The notes under the pieces are model-generated. The model did not search any database. It was not told the origin of the DNA and was given only the letters and a program-made list of their open reading frames with translations. This document shows positions 13,697 to 27,319 of a stretch of DNA of 64,000 bases, in pieces. Numbering within the stretch: the first letter of the stretch is position 1; every line of letters starts with the position of its first letter. This DNA is from Callorhinchus milii (taxonomy: Eukaryota), in assembly GCF_018977255.1 (NCBI RefSeq), contig NW_024704742.1:15378001-15442000 (forward strand), read 5' to 3'. The position numbers were made by a program, and so were the translations under genes.

Positions 13697-13887
13697 CTTT
13701 TAGGTGTGTCCCTAAAAAGATAGCCACTGATCTCTGCTCCATCTGGGATAACAGATGAATCATGGAAGAGAGACTTGTCTCGAAGTTGCATCTGAAAGAG
13801 TTCCTCGTCTCTTGTTGGTAGCTTCTGAGCTCTGGGGTTCATTGCTAACAGCAACAGCGATGCCACTGCCCAGGAAACAGTCAGCAT
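13697..13887 (-). CDS. NDNF: NDNF coding exon with signal peptide (exon starts at 13891)
   Basis: MLTVSWAVASLLLLAMNPRAQKLPTRDEELFQMQLRDKSLFHDSSVIPDGAEISGYLFRDTPK(R): hydrophobic leader, then the conserved QKLPTRDEELFQMQ. Acceptor ttatttcag|GACAATG, donor AG|GTAAC. Total CDS 191+125+1406=1722 nt, 573 aa. Confidence 0.96.
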
Positions 13888-15556
13888 TGTCCTGAAATAA
13901 AGACAATATTGGTTTCAAGTCAGCGTTAACAATGCAAAAAATACTGTTATAATGATTTTACAACAAGTAGCTTTAAAATAATAACATTGGACTATTAGTT
14001 TGTGATGCATTATTGTTCAAAGCAGAGAAAATAAATCACTAATTTCCAGAAGACACTAGTTAATAATTATAATAATAATAATAATAACCCTTGCATTTGA
14101 TATAGCACTTTATCACGTTGTCAAGATGTCTCAAAGTGCTTCACAGATATACTGTAAAGAGTAGTCATTGTGTGTTTTGTGGGCAAAATGCAGCACCAAA
14201 TTGTGCGTAGCAACATTCCACAAATAGTCGTGGATTGGGTGAACAAATTTATTTGTTCATTCATTTATTTATTCATTTATTTATTTTTAGTTTCATCATT
14301 GTGATATGACCATGTCAAATGAAAGCAATACAATGACATTATTTTATTAACAAATAACTTCATGGTGTTATGACTGACATTGGCAGGAAACATGTTTATA
14401 AATAGACCTTTAAACCTCTGTACAATGTCATTACTGCACTAATGATATATGCTTGAAGAAAAAATCTGAGAAAAGAAAATGAAATCTTGGAACACACTAC
14501 TAGAGTTCTGCAGCTAAACATGAACCACAGCCGCCGGCCAGCAATTTCCAGTTTCAATATTGGACAATGATAAAACACAATCAGCCTTCTAACATAACTG
14601 TCTCTGCAGCTGCAAACATAGAGACTGTCTTTTGTGTTTTTTTCTTTGTTTAAGCAGAAAGATTTTTTTTTGGCTGCCTTGTTTCGTCCACAAATATACG
14701 ACCAATTCACTTTACAGTATATCTGTGAAGCGCTTTGAGACGTTGAGAAGACATGAAAAGCGCTATATCAAATGCAAGGATTATTATTATTATAAAGATT
14801 TGCAAGCACAAAATTAAACAAATGGTAAGGGTAGGCATTCTGAACTTCCACAAATATGCATTTGGGGGAACAAATCACACAGTTAGCATCAATGATAGTT
14901 AACAACACCCCACCCACGCCCTGTGTATTAAGGCCATAATTGTGTAAGATAGCGTCTGAAACTATTTGTCTTGTTGATCATAGTCTTCCTATTTCCGTAT
15001 CATTTTGCAGCTCTACTCATTCATTTCCGTTTTTATGCAAGAAGTAATATAATATAGTTTTCCCTTCTGTTCATTTTAAATTTAACTAGAGATACCACAT
15101 CGTTTTCTGATAGGGGAAAAGAATGATTCAGTTCAGAGGTGCAAGTAAGTCAATATCAGTTACCTGGCAGGGGGCACTGCCCCCTCTGCCCCCTCTGCTG
15201 TATCCCTGCTGCCAAGGAAATTCCTTGCCTGATTTACAATTAAAAAGTGATAACTCTGAGGAAGTTGTTTCCCTAGAGATTCTTAAGCAATTATGTACAG
15301 AGAGGAAACTGAATGAGGGGCTGTGGAAAAGAGAGTTTATTCTAAGAATGAGAAGACCTGAGAACCAGTGAGTGGACCTTCATTACATGAAGATTTGGTT
15401 GTGTACTCCATCATTTCCGAGAAATGTTATTTTGCGGTCACTGTATTGTAAACAACATAGTAGTGTTACAAAGTTGGAGAGTGGTATTATCCTCCTGAGT
15501 GATGATGCAGGTTACCTCTCCAACTTCAAAAACCATACGACAATTTTGGAGTTAGG

Positions 15557-15725
15557 TCAAATGGCCTCCTTCTGTGCCGTAGGATTCTATGATTCTATAA
15601 ATTTGCAGGGCTATGGGGTAAGAGCGGGATAGCGGGATTAGTTGTATAGTTCTTTCAAAGACCTGGCACAGGGGTGATGTACCAAATGTCCTCCTTCTGT
15701 ACTGTAAGATTCTATGACCCTATGA
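15557..15725 (+). mobile_element. Two tandem CR1 3' ends
   Basis: AAATGGCCTCCTTCTGTGC..GATTCTATGATTCTAT, then a second degenerate copy; matches the end of the CR1 at about 61330-61375. Confidence 0.7.
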
Positions 15726-18700
15726 AATCTTCTTTAAGAGGATGAACTGTGTCATGTGCAATTTGTAGGATACTATTGAGACAGTTACCAGAAATGCTTG
15801 AGGCCTCTGAGATTACGATCCCACCCTTTTTGCTCTGCAAGCCATTATAACAAGTTGTGACTTTTACTTTTCTGGCTGTAGACCGACCTTTCCTGATCTA
15901 TGAGGAAGGATCATACAGGCCAGCCATGCCAAAACTGCATCTCTGGCATCTCAGGACAGGCTGACAGCTCAGCACTTCCGTGGCCAGAAGTCTAAAATGG
16001 CGAGCACACCTGGAAGTAACAGGAGGGACTGTTTACCTTGTTGTCCCAGCTGCAGTTGTTCCTGAAGGTGGGACATAGACCCACCTCAGGAGGTTGTGGT
16101 AAGTGCCTCTGGAGGCAACAATACCACTATGGTTACAGGCAGCATTTTCTTTTAAGCACGGCTGCAATATAATAAATCCATTACTAAATTTACAGGCTTG
16201 TCCTGGGCCACAGGAGAATGTATTCAATGTTTGTGGAACTACAATGAAGTTTGAGTTCCATATGTTGTAGATATATGAAGTTGTATTTACTCAATATTTA
16301 CCTCAAAGTTACTTTCTCCTTAATAATAAAACAAACTGAAATTAAATACATACATTCTGTGGAAATGATAGTTTGCTATGAAATCATTGTCTGATTTCAG
16401 TTCTTTTATCCCCAGCCCCATAATCATTAATTAGTTTTCCTGTTCCCGGATGATATTCCAATAAAGTGTGTGGGAGAACCTCTAGACAACAAAAGATCAA
16501 CCTCTGATAAAAATAATTACTGTGGCGTCTTTCCTTATGAGTTTAGCGACCAGAGCAACAAGACTTCAAATTGCCCCCATATAAAAAGAATCTTCTATAA
16601 AAATGCACATCAACACATAGGAATACATATACAGGACATGCCTTCATATAGACAATCAAATGTGTGCTCACCCTTTCGTACTCATACATATACAAATGTA
16701 GGCACATAATCAGTCAGAAATGTCACAATATACCTGCAAATGTTGTACATACAAAAACATGTGTCCCTATTATACACACAAAAATATACGCACACACTCA
16801 ACATGCACACAAAAATCCAGATGATGTTCCAGTCTTTGGATGACATGTATATATATCTACACTAAAAGAAGCACACACAGTAAATGCATATCTACATACA
16901 TACAAAAATATGTACATAGCTTCAGGATTGGTGCACAATTTATAATAATAATAATTCTTGCATTTGATACAATGCCTTACCTTGTCTTCAAGACATCTCA
17001 AAGCATTTCACAGAATATAATGTAAAGTGTAGTGATGTGTGTTTTGTGGATGAAACTCGGCAGCCAATTGCGCACAGCAGTGTCCCACACACAGTCGTGG
17101 ATTGAATGACCAAATTATATGATGTATCCAATAGACACATACATTTTTGAAGTTGTGCCTAATATTTGAGGGTGATCTTAATTACCATTGAGAAATGCAT
17201 TTTATGGTAACACTCAATTAAACTAAAGGTGCTTCCATCAAAGTTCGATCCATGGCTATCTTAACATAAAACTAAGAAGTGAACAGCTTCCAGGACTATC
17301 ATGCGCTGGAGGGATAAATCTGCCTGAAATACACAAACAGTAAATCCTATAAAACACTTTGAGTCATTGCAATGATGTGACAAGGCATCATTCCGAATAC
17401 AATAATTATCAAATACAAGGTGTCAGCCTAGCTCAGTTGGTAGCACACTTGCTTCCGAATCACAAGTCCCACAGCAGGACTTTTGAGCTCATAGTCTACC
17501 TTGTCACTTGTGTATAACTGCGTGCTGCAATGTCAGGAGTGCCATCCTTTGGATAAAATGTTAAATCGAGGTCCCATCATGGCTGTTCAGTGGACATTAA
17601 CGATCCCATGGCATAATTTGAAAAGAGAAGGGAGTTTCACCTGGTTTCACCTGGTGGCATAGCCAACAATCCTCAAAGTAAAATAGATCATTCACTAAAT
17701 GGCTGTTTGTGAGACATTGCTGTACATTATTTGGCTGCCATGTTTACCTACTCATACACACTTTACGGTAAATTGTTCCAGACATTTTGACCACGTAGTA
17801 AGGCCAGTATATCAAACGTAAAGATTTTTATTATCATTTAAGAGGGTTTTGAGAAGGAACACATGACAACAACATGCATTGATACAGCGTCCCAGAGCGC
17901 TTTAAGAAAGAATGAGAAAGAAACCTTTTTAAATCTATTTAATCTTAAAACATTGGATTAATCATTGTGAGAGGTGTAAGAAAACAAAGACTAGAATTCT
18001 ATGTAAATGGAGAGAATAAACCGCTTAAGGATCCAACTCAATGTTGCTATTCCACTTTTTTTTCTTTTTGAACATATCACTCACTGGCAACTTTGGCCTC
18101 ATCGGGGAAATATCAGAGGCTAAATTTACAACCAGAACCAGGGTTAGGAATCGGAAACAAAAACACCCCTGAAAACGCGCAGAATGACTTGCGCCCAAAC
18201 CGAACTGGTTGGATTGTGTGTTGCAAACCGGAATGAGTGAGGTTCAACTTTCAAGTGAATGAGAAGTGATGGGGGTCTGAACCTCGCGGGTCCTGGTACT
18301 GATCGGTCCCAGCAAATACTTTCCTGGCATTTAGTGGTGGGTTTAAGCGCCTGTCCTCCTTGTGAACCCCATAAACATGTTCTGACAGATTGACTTCTAT
18401 GCCAAGGCCCTCACATCACATCTCTCTTTTTACAGCTTGTCATTGTGGGAGGCAGTTTGTTTGCCAGAAAGTCTCACTGCTGCGGTGCTCCTCACATCTC
18501 ACCTCCTGTTGATCCAATTAAAGGGGCAACGCGACGAGGCGGTGTGGGGGAGAGCAGAGGAGAGGGGGGAGCAGCCATCTGCTCATCTTAGACAGTTTCT
18601 TTTAATAATAAACAACGTCTAATTCGAAGAAGAGCTGTGCGACTGTTTGTTTTAATCGTAGAAGAGCATCTGCACCATTTATTTTATTGCTGTGAACGAT

Positions 18701-19250
18701 ATTTTCAGCGCCTTGGGACGTCCTCCCTACGTGAAAGGCGCTATACCAATGTAATCTTGTTGTTGTTGTTGTTGTTGTTGTATGTGCACGTTATTCAGGT
18801 TGATGTTATTCTGCGGTGTCGGTTCCAAAAGCCGAGCTGTTCCAATGCAAAAAGCCAATCCCGTGTTCATGTCCCTCACAGTCATCCACCAAACGGAAAT
18901 ATCAGACGCGATCGCAACTGACATATAAAATAGGAGATATTATACATTGCGCTGACAGACAGTCCCCACTTCATCAGCAGCAGCAGCTCCAACAGCTGAA
19001 ACTAACACTCGGGTCTTGTCAAACAAGAGAGGGATTGGGTTACACAGTCCCGAGATGGCAGTGTGTGAGTGTGAGTGACTTTCCTTTTTCTGGACAGTGT
19101 AAAGTGACCGCTTTCCGGGGACAGAAACGTTTGCGTCAGTGCCAACCGATCTGTGATGGAGACATCATCCCCACTGCCCCCCCCCAACCTGACACTGAGA
19201 AGGCGCGTCTCCCTGTGAGTTCCCGTCAATCCAGATACCCTTCCATCCCA

Positions 19251-20050
19251 ACCCCCGGCCCCCAGACCCCCGGCCCCCCGGCCCCCCCAGCCCCCCGGCC
19301 CCCCCAGCCCCCCGGCCCCCCAGCCCCCCCGGCCCCCCCCCCCCCAGCCCCCCGGCCCCCCCAGCCCCCCCGGCCCCCAGCCCCCCGGCCCCCCCCCCCC
19401 GCCCCCCCCCCCCCCCCCCCGCCCCCACCCCCCCCCCCCAGCCCCCCCAGCCCCCGGCCCCCAGCCCCCCAGCCCCCCCCCCCCCCCCAGACCCCCGGCC
19501 CCCAGCCCCCGGCCCCCAGACCCCCCAGCCCCCAGCCCCCCGGCCCCCCCCAGCCCCCCGCCCCCAGACCCCCAGCCCCGCCCCCCGGCCCCCAGCCCCC
19601 CCCCGGCCCCCAGCCCCCGGCCCCCAGACCCCCGCCCCCCAGACCCCCGCCCCCCAGCCCCCAGCCCCCGGCCCCCCAGCCCCCCAGCCCCCCAGCCCCC
19701 CGGCCCCCCCAGCCCCCCCGGCCCCCCAGCCCCCCCGCCCCCAGCCCCCCGGCCCCCAGCCCCCCAGGCCCCCAGACCCCCAGCCCCCAGCCCCCCGCCC
19801 CCCGGCCCCCGCCCCCCGGTCCCCCAGCCCCCGCCCCCCCAGCCCCCGGCCCCAGCCCCCCAGCCCCCCGGCCCCCCCAGACCCCCCGCCCCCAGCCCCC
19901 CAGCCCCCAGCCCCCCGGCCCCCCCCAGCCCCCCGCCCCCAGCCCCCCAGCCCCCCAGCCCCCCGGCCCCCCCAGCCCCCGGCCCCCCAGCCCCCCAGCC
20001 CCCCGCCCCCCCCCCCAGCCCCCGGCCCCCCCAGCCCCCGGCCCCGGCCC
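19251..20050. repeat. C-rich minisatellite / low-complexity tract of (CCCCCAG)/(CCCCCGG) units
   Basis: About 800 bp almost devoid of T on the plus strand; C runs of mostly 4-7 nt separated by AG, GG, G or AGA. Confidence 0.95.
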
Positions 20051-23000
20051 ACTCCTCAGTAAAACGCAACATTCCGCACTCAGCGCAGTAAACTGTCGAG
20101 AGCCAAACTCTGCACTGGGCTCCTTACTGCATGAATGGGATTGAGATGAACCTGAAAATGTTACATAGCAGAATATGCCAAGTTCTGCTTTAAAAGCGCC
20201 GCATCTGGATTACATAAAGTCCAGCGTTTTATTACAGGGAACGGAGCAGAACGATATGGAAGTGCAGAGAAAATTACAAGGCAGTGCCTACCACCGAGAT
20301 CCCCAACTTTGTTCTGCCCTCTTTTGTGTATCATTGAAGTTAAATAAACAAAAACGATTCAGCGTTTCAGGGAATTTAAAAGGTTTCCAGAGGTTTATGA
20401 TTCACGGTATAAATGATACCTCACTGGCACTCTCTGCTAATGACAAAGTTGCCTTTCTGAAGCCATGTATTGTGATTGGTTTTAAGTTGATTTTCACTAT
20501 AATTGGAAACATAACGCTTACATAGTGCGTACGGCCAATGTAAGTAACTGTCCCCTTACTCTTATTCTCCAAAGTCAATTATAATAGGCGAGAAAATTTG
20601 GGTATTTCATCTCTGTGGCACTCCTTGTGAACATATGCTATAATTATAATATTGGAGTTGGTTTGAGCAGAATGGAGTCTAGTTCCAAACCCGCTCTATT
20701 CGGCTTGTTGGTAATAAATAGTCTAACATTTCAGCTATGGATCTTCTGGACGCTCCATTGGTAACATCGTGCAAACCTCAACATTGAATTACGGCGCAAC
20801 TTGTTTGGGTTTTTGACTTCAAAGAGATTTAGGCTTCAAATGTTAGACTGGAACTGTTAGATTATTTAGTCGAGTTTCAACGTGAGGATTAAATTAGCTA
20901 ACTGCCTGATTTTTTGCTGCTTAGGAAAACGTTTTGTTTGGTTACATTGCAGTGGTGTCAACAGATTTCAGATCCATGTCAACTGTCTGTTAGCGCGTCC
21001 CAAAGTACAGTACGAAACGTGCTGTGTATTTTGCAGTGAAATGGGGCAACCAATTTACGCACAGCAATGTCCCACAAACAGCCAGGATGTGAGTGACCAA
21101 AAGACATACAACAACTTGCATTTATATGGGGACCCTCACACAGGGTAGTGTCCCGGAGCGCTCATATGCAGAGAGAGATACAGCACCGAGAGGAAAGGGG
21201 GAGATGAGGGATGAAAACGGAGAGGAAATCAACACAAAGTAACAAAGACACAGCAAGAGAAAACGAACGAAACAACCAGAGAATAAGATATGATCTTGTG
21301 AGAAGAGAGCAAGTGACAGGCGCGGTGGATAAGAACAAGAGACAAAAAGCTAAAGAACAGGAGGTGTTTGTCAGTGAACAGCGGTACGTGCTGACAAGTG
21401 TCTGTCTCTGGACTCGTACTATTCACAGTGCCACCTTCAGCCCTTCTGGATTAAAACGATTTGTTTTCTTGGTGCAGCCGTGAAATCGCATTTACCACAG
21501 AACCTGTCTGAATAAAATGAAGCCGTGGACAGGTGTGTGTGGCTTTAGGTTAAAGAACAGTTTCGATACAGACCCAAAGAGAGAGAGAGAGAGAGATAGA
21601 AGATGTGAACTGAGTCCGACGCCTTCACATGCAGGATCCAAGTCTAATCCTGAGCGAGATAATCACATTAAATAAATAAATCCCGAATAGTTCCACAACA
21701 AATCAGTAACATTGAACTGGAAAGTTAGTCAGGATCAACGCAGATTGAATGCGAAGATTTCAACCTGTCCGTCTGTAATTCATCTGAAGTAAATGATGTG
21801 CTGTTTATATCACGAGGAGTTATCCTTCGTACTCGCAAGTGGTGGGGGTCCAATGCTTAAAAGTTTCAGAAGTCTTTCCGTACTTTCTTAAACGTATTAA
21901 GTGTATAAAGTAGTTATTTCAAGTTTATCGTCTTTCAAGTGTTGTGTTATTATTGATATATTTGTTGTGGCCAATTTATTGATAGTCACGGCGATCGTTC
22001 CTGCTCTGAGTTGAACAGTATGAAGCAGACCAGAAATTGGTAGGTACAGTCCTGGATACCTCTGACACGGGAAACGCGGTTCTAAATCATTTTTTTTAAA
22101 CGATTAAAGACATCAAGTTCAAAGTTCCTGTAACGTCAGGTCTACAAATCTGATGGAAGCGAGTGTGCTGATAAAGGGTTGTATTTCATCATATTCTCAG
22201 TGGTAATTGAAAGTATGGTATGTGCATTGGTAACGCACACGCACACCCTCCCGATGATTGTCTACATCTAACACCAACAGCCAGCAATGATGTTTTACAA
22301 CCTACATGGAGAGAGTGGCGTTTGATTCTGTTTTGATTTATGCAGTGGTCAGCTCGCCTGTTGTCAGATGGAGAGAAGCAGGGATCAGGTTGCACTTGCA
22401 AAGCACCCATTATTTCTTTATTCCTTCTGCGTTTGAAACTTAGCCACAACTCTGCTGATTAAAACAGTTGAAATCTGAACTGCAGGAGTTTTGTAACCGT
22501 TTTAAACTTTTTTTTTAATTCAGGAAGTTAAAAGAAATCTCTTATGTGCCGTTGTTCCTTTGCAGCGCGGTATGTTACAGTTGAGAATTTATCTTTTCGT
22601 GGCAAATACACATTCCAATCGTGTACTGAGTGAAGGAAGTATTTGTACACATTTAGGAAACCGTGTATTATATTTAGCGAAGGGTTTCTTCCACACAGAC
22701 AAACCCACTTCCTTTCAAGATGACCTGGGACGCGGGCTGTGTGCACAGTGTGGATTTCCATTGATCTGATCTGAAAGTAATTAACAGCCCTTTCGAATAC
22801 ATTTTGTTTGCGTATGTTTGTAAAAAAAATTCTAATCTCTAGAATGAATTTGCAATCCTTGCAACCGAGATGTATTCGAGTCTGGTTGGATTTCAAAACA
22901 AACTTAATCTTTGAAAGCACCTTTTTATTAATGGCAAACAGCAAATTAAAATTGTCTTTTTTAAAAAAAATTCTGCAGGGGGCCAAATCGGAATTGAAAT

Positions 23001-24957
23001 CCTCCTCTACTTTGCCTCTATTAATGTGTTCCAGCTCAGTCATAAACACTGACAGGGAATCGCCAGACACACGCTTTGATATTCACATTAGCTTTAGTTA
23101 CAATTTTACATCGGGACATTTACCAGCTCGGGGCATGTATCCAGAGGGCAAGATGGAAAATAAAATAACCGACTGACGAGGGTTTACAGCTCACAGGGAA
23201 GATCGACAACGGTGACTGCACTCCCAAATTGAACATTAAGCAACATTTGTCGTGTTGTTAAAACTTCAATTTCCCCCCAAAATGTAAAGGTCCGTTGAAT
23301 CCCTTTCATATTTATAACAAGACTGAAACCGATCATTAATAATGTTTCATCTTAAACTATGGGATTCCCCTGAGACCGCGTTTGAACTGATGCCAATCTG
23401 GAACAAAAATACTTTGGGGATAATTTCAAGACAAAAAAGGTTTGGAGGGCATATTTTTTGTTTGTTTATTGTGAAAGAAAATTGTCAAGTTAGCTGAGTC
23501 TCACTCCCGAATAAAAACGTCGAACTATGTCTGGATACCTCGACGAAAGTTTAACACAGGGAAAAAAAATTGGGCGTAAATAATGGAAAGCTCCGGGTTG
23601 TACTTTCTGATCTGCAATGTTCTGAGAAACGGATTTTTGAGCCCAACAACTCACACTGTGACCGAAAGGATCCTTTGCTTTCTCTAACCAATGCAGAGGT
23701 TATAACTAACCAATGCCAAAACAAACCAGGACTCAAGAGTTAGAGAGCTGTTAATCTACGATTTCCTGTGTTCAGTGTCAACATCGTCCAAACGATCCTG
23801 GAGACTGAATCAATCTACAGGGAAGAGGGACCTCCAGAGGCCGGGAAAAGATCGCTGGCTTGTGATTAGCTGGACTTTTGCACAACCTCCTCTCACGAAA
23901 GCTCCCCATGTGATTGAGTGGCTACTTACACACGTTGCCGAGTGTGCAACCAACTGATTCATCACAGAACTGGAAAGTGCTCGGTTCCTCTCCGGAACTG
24001 TAACTGCCCTGTGGATTAATTTATCTCAGTCAAAGTGGGTGCAACATGCCACAGATAGATCCGGGAAGAGGAAAGAATAACCACGGGTTTTCAAACCTGA
24101 TGGGTATCCAATGACCTCCTGCGGGGAGACATGCACATCTTGAGGTTGAGTGAATGAATGAATGCAGGAGGGGGCTTCTTGGCTGTGTTATCCCCCCCCC
24201 CCCCCCCCCACCCCCCGGGCGCACCCTCCCACCGGGCTGACACATGGAGGTTGGGCACTTGAATGAAGTGCGGGAGGATGTGGTTGGCACAGACTGAGTC
24301 GAACCCCAGCTTCAGGAAAGGAGGAGGAAAACGGGAAGGATATGTAGAGAGAGAGAGAGAGAGAGAGATATTAAAAGGATTTACCGGAAGGATGTTGAAA
24401 GATGTTGAGGTTATTATCTACTGTTGATGTTATACAGCCGTTTCCTTTTTTTAAAAAAAAACTTGCATCAAAAGCTTGGCTCAGTCATCCCTTCGTGTTG
24501 TTATTACCGATTTGTAGATAAAGACTAAAAACTGAATAACTATGAATAACGGAATAACACAAGATGTTATGATTGTAACTGACTATGTTAATGACGTTTC
24601 CAATTGCATCTGAAACGTATTAATAATAATCCTTGCATTTACTGTACTCGTTATTATCTATATACTCCCCCTCCGCCCAGGCTACGGTGGCTACCATCCC
24701 ATCAAAACCCTTTGTAAAGCCGAGTCCACGAACTAAACTCAGTTGATCATCTTATGAAGCGCAGTTGTTCCTGTATTCCGCGCGGCGCTGGAAGGGTTAA
24801 TGCAAATAGATCGCGTCTTTCCTTCAACGGAAAACGCAATTTAAAAATTCTTTGCAATAGTGGTGGTATTCACACAGGCTCGATCACTGCATACCTGTGT
24901 AATGTTCACATGTGATTTACAGTGAGCCTGACTGATGCTGTTGTATCAATACACCCT

Positions 24958-25198
<241 letters not shown>

Positions 25199-25944
25199 GC
25201 AGATGGAGACAGACCTGGTGACAATTCTCCCCCATCGTAAATCCATGGTAAGAAAAGCACCAATAGAGTCCTGGAGAGCTGGAGCCACAAGGCGAGGATA
25301 GTGCAAACGACCTCCTTTCAATACTGCTCCAATACTGTTTTTGACGCTCTACTTTACAGGTCAGAACCGACGTTTATTCACCTAAGGTTTATTTTAGACA
25401 CAATTTTTGTTTTTTTACATAAAAAAGTGGTGCCGGTGAGTGGTCAACAGCCGTAGATTAGTGAATTGCGCACAGCTTTTTATTTAAAAATGTAGCACGA
25501 ATGGCAACATATTATTCTTCCCCAATCCCGTGTTTTAAACGGAAAGCGGAATATGATCTGAGAAAAGTTTCCAGGACAGATGTTGGTTGTTTAACCAAAA
25601 CATACAAACCATCCAGACTGGCGAAGACTATTCACTGCTTCGAGGCAGGAGCTGCTTCACCTTAGCGTCAGTGCTGCTGACATTTATATATATGCTCCAT
25701 AAATAAATATATGTCTCCATACATATAGACAAATGCTTAACTTCCAAGCAGTCGTCGCCAGAGAATAGACTTGTCCAGTTATAGTAAATAGGGCAACAAT
25801 AAAAGCTCAACAACTGTCTTTAAGCAACGCAGAGTACTGAACGTGAATGTCCCACCAGAACGCAAGAAAGTTTTACTGGGACTTTTGACAGTGCAACCCA
25901 CAGGCGAATTACTTCTCTGTTTGCTGGAAAGTAAGATTTCTTAC

Positions 25945-26321
25945 CTTGAAGTAGTCATTTTGTCGCGGCAAACTTGGATTGCTGTGTAGTCCAGCCGGAT
26001 TTTCTCGTTTAAAATTCCACACTTGTTTTAAGGAACAGATAAGACGGGAGGAGATTAAAATGCAGATTTAAGTGAAAATGCAAAGGAAAAAAAAACACCC
26101 CTCTGAACGATTGCCTGAGAAAATCAAGTTTATGTGTGTGTGGGTGTGTGTGAGTAGAACAGTGTGTGTGTGTATATATATATATATATCTGTTGTCTGA
26201 AGTCCGGGGACAAAGTGAAGCCTGAACACAGAGAAGTGTTATGGGGGCGAAGTGTGAGGATAAGGCTCCGGTTTGACTGCCCTCAGCAATGAAGGTGAGA
26301 CTTGTGCGTGTGGTGCAGACT
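25945..26321 (-). other. NDNF: Probable NDNF exon 1 (5' UTR, possibly first codons)
   Basis: Strong donor CAAG|GTAAG at 25943-25944. No minus-strand ATG between 25959 and about 26647. Inr-like CTCAGTCT at 26317-26324 directly below the CCAAT/GC-box cluster. The 5' end is inferred. Confidence 0.6.
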
Positions 26322-26324
26322 GAG

Positions 26325-26770
26325 CCCCGAGAGTAGTCGGTCCGCTCGGTACCGGGCGGCTGACCAATGGGAAGGGGAGCGCCGCCGCTGCCCACCACTC
26401 GCGCCGCGGCCACACTCCCACACCAATTGGGAGGGCGGAGAGCCCGCGGGACCAGCCAATCCGGGAGCGCGCTGCTGGCGGAGCGGCCAATCACACAGCA
26501 GCTCCGGCCACCGCCGTCCCTTTATGAATGGAGCCCCCACCCGCTCGGCAGCCGCTCCACACACCGCACCGATCACTCGCTGCCGCACCGCTGAGCTGAG
26601 CACTCGCTGCAACACACAGCCGTCCTCACTAACCAGTGGACAAGAACCATCGCTCACCGCACACACACAACCCGTTTCGTGCTTTAAAACCGTGCCCCGT
26701 TTTAAACACTGCAGTGCTTTAAACCGTGACATGTGAAACGGTTTACGCGGTGCGGGGTTCCAAACCGCGC
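26325..26770. promoter_or_regulatory. NDNF: CpG-island promoter of NDNF with four CCAAT boxes and GC boxes
   Basis: Highest GC/CpG density among unique sequence. CCAAT at 26364, 26423, 26456 and 26487; GGGCGG at 26354 and 26433. Confidence 0.75.
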
Positions 26771-27288
26771 AGATGTTTACAACTGCAATGCTATAAAGCG
26801 TGCAATATGATTTTTAATAAAATAAATTCGCAGATTGACATAAACGGTCTGTATTTACTACCCATGTTCGTCCTGCCTGCCTCTCACACATTACATCTGA
26901 CCTGTATTGCAGCTCTTAGAATTAAAACCACCGGATTATTTTGCATTCATTTTATTTCCCTCTTCAATGAATAAACATTCAGATGGGAGAGAGCCTTTTT
27001 CCCGAGTGCTATTACTTTACAGCACCCAAACAGGAACAGCAATTTATCGGTCAGACAAAATGAAACGATTTTAAAGACAAGTACTGTCTTAATTCTTCAC
27101 ATTTTAATGCAATCTATTTTATGTTCTCCCTGTACGATATTAGACACATGCTGGACATTTTTGTCACAATATATTTTCTTGAAATGCAGGGCGGCCTGTT
27201 TTATGTTGTGTCTGTGTGTGTGAAGGGGGGGCACAGTGTGACACTGACATCAGTAATGTGTTTTTATTGTCATACTGTGACTTTTATG

Positions 27289-27319
<31 letters not shown>

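Noticed and set aside
19251..20050. Resemblance to immunoglobulin switch regions (GGGCT) or telomeric repeats
   Set aside because: No AGCT/GAGCT motifs, no Ig genes in the window, and no TTAGGG units.
18816..20144. 442-aa Pro-rich ORF and antisense Gly-rich ORFs (extensin/formin/collagen-like)
   Set aside because: By-products of the stop-free C-rich tract inside NDNF intron 1; no complexity, domain or splice support.
22528..23176. 180-aa and 122-aa overlapping ORFs in NDNF intron 1
   Set aside because: No recognisable domain, the 180-aa ORF has a GTG start, and composition looks non-coding.
26009..26736. Overlapping 75-161 aa ORFs on both strands
   Set aside because: Expected in GC-rich CpG-island sequence; no recognisable protein.
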